Below are positions 44,104 through 48,139 of a stretch of 48,139 bases of DNA, one piece after another. Positions within the stretch are counted from its first letter, which is position 1. Every line of letters begins with the position of its first letter. The notes beneath the pieces are model-generated. The model saw only the letters and a program-made list of their open reading frames with translations, did not search any database and was not told where the DNA came from. This stretch comes from Clostridia bacterium (lineage in GTDB: Bacteria > Bacillota > Clostridia > Christensenellales > UBA1242): NCBI GenBank assembly GCA_045614835.1, contig JAZLDP010000004.1, positions 1-48,139 on the forward strand, read 5' to 3'. Made by a program: the position numbers and the translations under genes.

Positions 44104-44485
44104 TATTGACCTCCTTTCTAAACTTGTTTTCTAACACTTTTTTGCTTGCAATTAAAGGTTTTAAACGCTTTTTCATAATTGCCATTCTTGATTTGAATTC
44201 ATTGATAGTATGGTCAATTTTTTCCAACACATCATCCACATCTTCTTCAGTGACTTCAGATGTATTAACTATTTGATAACCTTTACCGCTTGAATCTGTC
44301 AATACAGGATAAAACAATGAAATTAATCTTATTTCATCTCGTGTGTTTGAATCTCCAAGTCCTGTAATCGCACTTGCCTCTTTCCTACTAATTCTTCTTT
44401 CTTTCATAGCATTTAATAAATTTTTATTAAATGTTATTTTTTCAAAATCTCCCTTGCCTTGTCTAACGAATTTTAAATTACTCAT
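44096..44485 (-). CDS. hypothetical protein
   Basis: 129-aa ORF; its start overlaps the stop of the 59-aa ORF. Confidence 0.8.
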   Translation of the reverse strand: MSNLKFVRQGKGDFEKITFNKNLLNAMKERRISRKEASAITGLGDSNTRDEIRLISLFYPVLTDSSGKGYQIVNTSEVTEEDVDDVLEKIDHTINEFKSRMAIMKKRLKPLIASKKVLENKFRKEVNNE

Positions 44486-44657
44486 CTTTGCTCACCCCTT
44501 TTAATCTTAACTTAATTACATTAGATATTTCTTCATACATTAACTTATATATCTCACGATATTTACCGCTTGATTTATAATACTCAGATATTGCCAAACT
44601 TCTCTGAGCATACAACTCTTCTAAAGTCATTTCATCATACGATTTTAACTTTGCCAT
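44478..44657 (-). CDS. small helical protein (59 aa), missed by the ORF track
   Basis: ATG 44657 preceded by GGGAGGAG; first ORF after consensus promoter 44686-44714; sequence MAKLKSYDEMTLEELYAQRSLAISEYYKSSGKYREIYKLMYEEISNVIKLRLKGVSKDE. Confidence 0.6.
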   Translation of the reverse strand: MAKLKSYDEMTLEELYAQRSLAISEYYKSSGKYREIYKLMYEEISNVIKLRLKGVSKDE

Positions 44658-44685
44658 AACACGAAAACTCCTCCCTACGAATACA

Positions 44686-44714
44686 ATTATATATTTAAAT
44701 TATTTAAATGTCAA
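44686..44714 (-). promoter_or_regulatory. perfect-consensus sigma70 promoter (TTGACA-17-TATAAT) with a palindromic spacer
   Basis: the minus strand reads TTGACA-TTTAAATAATTTAAATA-TATAAT; -35 at 44709-44714, -10 at 44686-44691; the spacer contains the palindrome TTTAAATAATTTAAA. Confidence 0.7.
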
Positions 44715-44737
44715 GAGTTTTTTATAAAAAGTCAAAA

Positions 44738-44977
44738 TTAATTTTCATTTGATTCGTTTAACCTTTTAAACAAGGGAGTCAAGTCAATGCTTAACTCCTT
44801 ATCTCTAGCCTCTAAAAAGTTTAAAATGCTTTCTCTTATTGCCTCAGTTTTATTGAGCTTACTTTCTAAATAATCAATTATTTTTTTGTCGTTTTCAACG
44901 TTAGGATTTAGCCTAATCACATATGATTTGCATTTTTTAATATAGTTCTTTGTTGCTCTTTTTTTGCTTTCTTTCAT
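44738..44977 (-). CDS. hypothetical protein, possibly ribbon-helix-helix
   Basis: 79 aa; basic N-terminus, strand-like KSYVIRLNP, then two helices (IIDYLESKL, TEAIRESILNFL). Confidence 0.35.
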   Translation of the reverse strand: MKESKKRATKNYIKKCKSYVIRLNPNVENDKKIIDYLESKLNKTEAIRESILNFLEARDKELSIDLTPLFKRLNESNEN

Positions 44978-44988
44978 AATCTTAAAAC

Positions 44989-45408
44989 CTAATACCTTTC
45001 TTCTTGTTTTACTTTTCTATAACTCATATGATTTATAAAAGATGTTTTTCGAAGTGTTTGATTTTCAAAAAACTCTAAAACCCAAGCAGAATCATATAAT
45101 TTATTAATATCTTCATCACTTAAACTTTCTAAATATTCACTATCAGTATATTTAGTAATAAACAAATTACCATATAACATAGGTTCGTTGTAATAATCAA
45201 TCGCACTGATTCGCGGATTCTCTTTTAATAAAGCCTCATCATCACAAACAATAGTGTATAATTCGTTTGCAATGTATCGATTAACGATATCTATATATTC
45301 AACATTCAATAATTTATAATATTCTTCCAATTTTTGAGGTATTTCAACCACCTCAACTTTGCCATTTTCAACATCAATTAATAACCCTTTAACCATTCTT
45401 TTTGCCAT
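44989..45408 (-). CDS. DUF3846-like protein
   Basis: 139 aa; VKGLLIDVENGKVEVVEIPQKLEEYYKLLNVEYIDIV...CDDEALLKENP...LYGNLFI resembles the DUF3846 pattern. Confidence 0.45.
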   Translation of the reverse strand: MAKRMVKGLLIDVENGKVEVVEIPQKLEEYYKLLNVEYIDIVNRYIANELYTIVCDDEALLKENPRISAIDYYNEPMLYGNLFITKYTDSEYLESLSDEDINKLYDSAWVLEFFENQTLRKTSFINHMSYRKVKQEERY

Positions 45409-45409
45409 C

Positions 45410-45649
45410 TTAAACCTCCTCCGCTAAAGCAATTTCTTTTGCCATATTAGACTTTAAAAACTCAGCCATTGTGTCATTTTCAACTTCAATTTCTTTAAGT
45501 GCCTCAACTATATCTTGCAAACCAAAACCCCATAACCCATAATTATATCTTTTAACCTTACCATTATTTAAATTAACCAAAATCAAATATTCCATATTAG
45601 AATCATCTAAAATTAATAAACCACATTTACAATATTTAAACTTATACAT
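45410..45649 (-). CDS. hypothetical protein
   Basis: 79-aa ORF; preceded by an S element whose AGGGGG may serve as a distant SD. Confidence 0.7.
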   Translation of the reverse strand: MYKFKYCKCGLLILDDSNMEYLILVNLNNGKVKRYNYGLWGFGLQDIVEALKEIEVENDTMAEFLKSNMAKEIALAEEV

Positions 45650-45663
45650 ATTTTAACTTTTAA

Positions 45664-45691
45664 CCCCCTAAATTGCCCGTGTAATCGTTTT
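45664..45691 (-). repeat. S element copy (intergenic)
   Basis: the minus strand reads AAAACGATTACACGGGCAATTTAGGGGG; aligns with 12849-12881 through to the following ATG. Confidence 0.7.
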
Positions 45692-45737
45692 AATTATTTT
45701 TTACTGATAAATTATCAATAAAGTTTTCTGAAACGTT

Positions 45738-45775
45738 GATAGTCGAATATGGCATTTAAACCATACTCAACTATC
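45738..45775. repeat. 15-bp-arm inverted repeat built from two M motifs
   Basis: GATAGTCGAATATGG (45738-45752) and CCATACTCAACTATC (45761-45775); as minus-strand RNA all 15 positions pair, including two G-U. Confidence 0.8.
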
Positions 45776-45808
45776 GCACTTTTTGACATTTCAATTTTCT
45801 TCTTTAGT

Positions 45809-46357
45809 TTATTCTTCATCGTATGGCACATTGCATTTAATATCAGTTAAAACATACTTCCAAGATGTTCCATAGTGAGTCACGCCCCAAATATACATAT
45901 CAAGTTCTTCATTATAGAAAACAATTTCATTGATTTCTTTTAAAATCTCCGCTCCGTTGGCTGATACAATATAATATTGATATATATCTTGGTTATATGA
46001 ATTTTCCGCTTCTTCTTCAAGCTCATTTATTTGTTCTTCAATATCATATATTTTTTGTTGCAATTCTTCAATTTTTTCTTCAATTCCTTCTTCAATAAAA
46101 ACATCTAATTCTTCGCTTAATTCTTCAATTTCATCTTTTAATTCTTCGATAGTATCCGCATTGTCAATGAATCCGCTTTCTTGCTCCCAATACCCTATAT
46201 CATAAGTTTTTTTCATTATATCATTGTTTAACACTGCATCAAAAGCCTTTGCAAGTGTGGCATAATCAACATATCCCTTTTCTTGTCCGTATTCGCTAAT
46301 CTCATTTCCGTAAAAATATTTCCCGTGTACTTTGTAAACTTCTTTTTTAATAGTCAT
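45809..46357 (-). CDS. hypothetical early protein with an extremely acidic coiled-coil centre
   Basis: 182 aa with an AAGGAGCG SD; DTIEELKDEIEELSEELDVFIEEGIEEKIEELQQKIYDIEEQINELEEEAE. Confidence 0.8.
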   Translation of the reverse strand: MTIKKEVYKVHGKYFYGNEISEYGQEKGYVDYATLAKAFDAVLNNDIMKKTYDIGYWEQESGFIDNADTIEELKDEIEELSEELDVFIEEGIEEKIEELQQKIYDIEEQINELEEEAENSYNQDIYQYYIVSANGAEILKEINEIVFYNEELDMYIWGVTHYGTSWKYVLTDIKCNVPYDEE

Positions 46358-46360
46358 AAT
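46332..46360 (+). promoter_or_regulatory. possible plus-strand promoter (TTGTAA-17-CATAAT)
   Basis: -35 at 46332-46337; -10 at 46355-46360, overlapping the ATG of minus-strand CDS 45809..46357. This match quality can arise by chance in AT-rich DNA. Confidence 0.3.
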
Positions 46361-46366
46361 TTTTTT

Positions 46367-46473
46367 CGCTCCTTAATATATTATATTTTTTTCTCTGCTC
46401 TGCATTTGTGCGGACTTGCAACCGCTTCAGTTTTGAAGTTGCATTAGAGAGGGGATTTTTTCCCCTTTTTTTC
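46367..46473 (+). ncRNA. candidate ~105-nt plus-strand antisense sRNA
   Basis: bounded by the candidate promoter and a plus-strand-only intrinsic terminator; contains hairpin TGCAAC-CGC-TTCA-gttt-TGAA-G-TTGCA; complementary to the SD and 5' UTR of CDS 45809..46357. Confidence 0.3.
46450..46473 (+). terminator. intrinsic terminator that is functional-looking only on the plus strand
   Basis: AGGGGA-ttttt-TCCCCT followed by a T7 run on the plus strand; on the minus strand the hairpin is preceded by A7 but followed by CTCTAATGC. Confidence 0.5.
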
Positions 46474-46480
46474 TTATTAA

Positions 46481-46837
46481 TTAATCTTCAAAGATTTCAC
46501 TTCTTAATTGTTCTATTTCTGCATTTGTAAATAATCGGCTTACTTTGTCGGCTTGCTTTTTACAAGCAGTATATATTTTATATGCTTCGCTGTCTGATAC
46601 ATCATAACCAAATTCAAAGCAAAAATCTTCGAAATTTCTTGCGTTATTGTAAGCATCTGCATCAATTAATAAACTTTCAATTATTTCTTCTTTTGTGCTT
46701 GAGTTCTTAAAGTTGTCGTGAAATGTAAATCCGCATCTGTGCCCTTTATACGTTAGAGTTATTCGGTAAGCATCACCGCTTGTCATTTGGCTCTTTCCTA
46801 AGTTTGTTTTTGTAAGTTTAATTTGATTTAATAACAT
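46481..46837 (-). CDS. hypothetical early protein
   Basis: 118-aa ORF with a GGGAGG SD. Confidence 0.8.
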   Translation of the reverse strand: MLLNQIKLTKTNLGKSQMTSGDAYRITLTYKGHRCGFTFHDNFKNSSTKEEIIESLLIDADAYNNARNFEDFCFEFGYDVSDSEAYKIYTACKKQADKVSRLFTNAEIEQLRSEIFED

Positions 46838-46959
46838 ATTTTAAATACCTCCCATAATGTTATTGTTTAATGCTAGATTTTAAGCACTAATTAAAAAGTA
46901 TTAATTTTATAATTTATATCTTAATACCTTTTAATTAAGGCTTAAAGCCTTAAAATGTT

Positions 46960-47211
46960 TTATTCTTCATCAAATAATTCTTCGTGATATTCTTCGACCA
47001 TTTGCATTAACTCAACTTCTGCATTTTTTGAGTAATCTCTTAATAGATAAATTGCTTCTTGTAAAAGAGCTTTTATTTCTTCTTGTCTTAATTGGTAAAC
47101 TTGCCCCGCATCAAATAATGCAATACTTAAAGATGGATAAGTTGCTTCGCCTCTCATTTTTTCAGCTCTTGCTTTTTCTTGTCTTGCTGTTTGAAATAAT
47201 TCTTTTAACAT
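46960..47211 (-). CDS. hypothetical early protein (first gene of the strand)
   Basis: 83-aa helical ORF with an AAAGGGG SD. Confidence 0.8.
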   Translation of the reverse strand: MLKELFQTARQEKARAEKMRGEATYPSLSIALFDAGQVYQLRQEEIKALLQEAIYLLRDYSKNAEVELMQMVEEYHEELFDEE

Positions 47212-47256
47212 ATTTTTTAACCCCTTTGTTTTTCTTTCTACCCCTTAGGCACTTTC

Positions 47257-47286
47257 ATTATATCAGTTATATGCTATCATATACAA
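47257..47286 (-). promoter_or_regulatory. early sigma70-type promoter (TTGTAT-18-TATAAT)
   Basis: -35 at 47281-47286 and -10 at 47257-47262, with the -10 ending 45 nt upstream of ATG 47211; the spacer contains TATATG-ATAG-CATATA. Confidence 0.5.
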
Positions 47287-47333
47287 TACTTTTTTTAAAA
47301 ATATTTCAAAAATATTTAACTTTTTTCTTATTT

Positions 47334-47346
47334 TGACATATTCAAC
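47334..47346 (+). repeat. M motif copy (TGACATATTCAAC)
   Basis: 12 of 13 identical to 47740-47752 and 47817-47829. Confidence 0.7.
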
Positions 47347-47366
47347 TCACTAAAAATCACTAAAAA
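47347..47366. repeat. tandem 10-nt repeat TCACTAAAAA x2
   Basis: exact copies at 47347-47356 and 47357-47366. Confidence 0.9.
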
Positions 47367-47460
47367 ATGCTCCTTTTTTACTATATTATTTCCTACCTAA
47401 AATTGTCTATTTAAAGGTAAAATCTTAGTATTTATTATGTTAATCATTTAACTATTGTTT

Positions 47461-47479
47461 TTTATACTTTTTTATACTT
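47461..47479. repeat. tandem TTTATACTT x2, period 10
   Basis: 47461-47469 and 47471-47479. Confidence 0.85.
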
Positions 47480-47483
47480 AATC

Positions 47484-47519
47484 ATAACACTATATTTATT
47501 ATTAATCTTTTAGTGTTAT
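47484..47519. repeat. 9-bp perfect inverted repeat ATAACACTA / TAGTGTTAT
   Basis: arms at 47484-47492 and 47511-47519. Confidence 0.85.
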
Positions 47520-47530
47520 TATTAATCTTT
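47496..47530. repeat. 15-nt direct repeat TTATTATTAATCTTT x2, period 20
   Basis: 47496-47510 and 47516-47530. Both contain the 8-mer ATTAATCT, which recurs at 47672-47679 and 47702-47709. Confidence 0.9.
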
Positions 47531-47715
47531 ATACTATGATTATTTATAAATATAGTACTATACTTTAATATATTTTTATATTTAATTGTTAGAAAAATAC
47601 TAAATTATAATTTATGTATATACTTAATTTAATCTAGATTTAAATAGTATTATACTTAAATATAATATAGTATTAATCTAATATAGTATACTATTATTAT
47701 GATTAATCTAGTATA

Positions 47716-47725
47716 TGTGTGTGTG
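47716..47725. repeat. (TG)5 microsatellite at the AT-rich / GC-richer boundary
   Basis: TGTGTGTGTG. Confidence 0.9.
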
Positions 47726-47739
47726 ATTCGTTGTTATTG

Positions 47740-47784
47740 TGTCATATTCAACCATTAAGCACCTAGCACAAGCCTAATATGACA
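47740..47784. repeat. M-motif inverted pair (TGTCATATT ... AATATGACA)
   Basis: 9-bp perfect arms at 47740-47748 and 47776-47784, with a 27-nt spacer. Confidence 0.85.
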
Positions 47785-47816
47785 TAAAAGCCCTAAAGCC
47801 CTTAATCGTTTAGCCT

Positions 47817-47904
47817 TGTCATATTCAACGCTACTACAACGATATCAAGTCGAAAGTGGCAAACCCCTTAACGCCTCTTGCTTGGTCGTTGGTTCAATAT
47901 GGCA
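47817..47904. repeat. M-motif inverted pair (TGTCATATTCAAC ... GTTCAATATGGCA)
   Basis: 47817-47829 versus 47892-47904; 11 of 13 complementary. Confidence 0.7.
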
Positions 47905-47941
47905 TTAATACCCATTGACTAGCCAAAAGCCGACCACAAGC
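47880..47941. other. long imperfect hairpin (about 21 bp in four helical segments)
   Basis: GCTTGGTCG pairs with CGACCACAAGC (2-nt bulge), TTGGTT with AGCCAA, CAAT with ATTG, and GG with CC. Confidence 0.5.
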
Positions 47942-48022
47942 CCAATTTAAGCCCTTAAATAACCATCTGAAATCACGTATTCAAAGGTAAAGTCTTGGAA
48001 TACATCGTTTTGACTACCCACG

Positions 48023-48044
48023 AAATCCCCCTCCTATGCGTTTT
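48023..48044 (-). repeat. S element copy
   Basis: plus strand AAATCCCCCTCCTATGCGTTTT; the minus strand reads AAAACGCATAGGAGGGGGATTT; 16 of 22 complementary to 160-181. Confidence 0.6.
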
Positions 48045-48073
48045 CGCGATAAGATTGGAAAGGGTTTTGAGGG

Positions 48074-48085
48074 AAAAAGAAGGTA
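48074..48085 (+). repeat. 12-nt exact repeat AAAAAGAAGGTA, copy 1 of 3
   Basis: see 61-72. Confidence 0.9.
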
Positions 48086-48092
48086 TTGCCTA

Positions 48093-48126
48093 CCCCCTAG
48101 CCCCCCGATAGCGAACGCACACCCCC
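48093..48126. other. cluster of C5-C6 tracts (G tracts on the minus strand) continuing into nt 20-38
   Basis: C5 at 48093-97, C6 at 48101-06, C5 at 48122-26 (= nt 1-5), C6 at 20-25 and C4 at 35-38. Confidence 0.8.
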
Positions 48127-48139
48127 ATATCATATCAAA
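48122..48139. repeat. terminal identity, partner of nt 1-18
   Basis: identical 18-mer. Confidence 0.95.

Noticed and set aside
46935-46953. Palindrome TTAAGGCTTAAAGCCTTAA after the first early gene as a terminator
   Set aside because: A 7-bp stem but no U-run on either strand. It may be an RNA stability or processing element, and related AAGCC(C)TTAA words recur at 47788-47810 and 47936-47965. The evidence is too weak to call.
47028-47336. Plus-strand 102-aa ORF overlapping the first early gene and its promoter
   Set aside because: Antisense shadow of CDS 46960..47211 extended into AT-rich non-coding DNA; L/F-rich, with no SD.
48014-48133. 39-aa minus-strand ORF (MIWGCAFAIGGLGGRQYLLFPSKPFPILSRKRIGGGFRG) starting at ATG 48133 (= nt 12), preceded across the junction by AGGAGGGGGG. 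Also a 24-aa GTG ORF from 48021 preceded by AGGAGGGGG.
   Set aside because: Codon usage is G/C-rich and unlike every other gene here, the products are short and low-complexity, and the SD-like boxes are better explained as copies of the S element or G tracts. Kept only as a remark in the C-tract finding.
1-48139. Lysogeny module, DGR, transposase/IS, toxin-antitoxin, and stop-codon recoding
   Set aside because: No integrase, recombinase, reverse transcriptase or transposase-like ORF was seen. No divergently transcribed repressor exists, since every gene is on one strand. Long ORFs are uninterrupted under the standard code.

Overview
The window is an essentially complete genome of a very AT-rich tailed phage. 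Its ends overlap (nt 1-18 = nt 48122-48139), giving a closed unit of 48,121 bp. All 63 CDS I can support lie on the minus strand. They are tightly packed or overlapping, and most have GGAGG-type Shine-Dalgarno boxes, which is typical of low-GC Gram-positive hosts (inference). Gene order in the direction of transcription (high to low coordinates): (1) a gene-free, repeat-rich region of about 1.38 kb (47212-48121 plus 1-474); (2) small early genes (47211-44738); (3) a consensus promoter, two small ORFs and an XRE-type HTH; (4) a recombination module (YqaJ-like exonuclease, DUF1351-like protein, annealing protein, SSB); (5) a structured ori-like leader, a replisome organizer, DUF1064 and many small ORFs including ASCH and YopX; (6) ThyX-like and MazG-like genes and a second SSB-like gene; (7) an overlapping terminator/promoter switch at 31.5 kb; (8) TerS candidate, TerL, portal, scaffold, major capsid and a small capsid-associated protein; (9) an adaptor-like protein, a 982-aa tail protein and a 2047-aa multidomain fibre; (10) a terminator-bracketed cassette of unusual low-complexity proteins; (11) a promoter-driven trio of membrane proteins; (12) a 2147-aa polyvalent virion protein. 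I saw no tail tube, sheath or tape-measure-chaperone set, no integrase or repressor, no DNA or RNA polymerase, no tRNA and no CRISPR. The phage therefore looks podovirus-like and dependent on host replication and transcription, and every promoter I found is host sigma70/sigmaA-like. Most interesting observations: (a) the 1.38-kb coding desert at the junction, into which a consensus promoter fires, with several interlocking repeat families and a strand-composition flip; (b) a roughly 30-nt junction element dispersed at six loci, one inside a coding region; (c) a polytopic membrane protein fused to a sigma-70 region-4 HTH in the late region; (d) a candidate plus-strand antisense sRNA, the only plus-strand signal in the genome; (e) a fibre carrying a CotH-kinase-like domain; (f) the polyvalent giant protein. 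All family assignments are from motif recognition by eye, and no searches were run.
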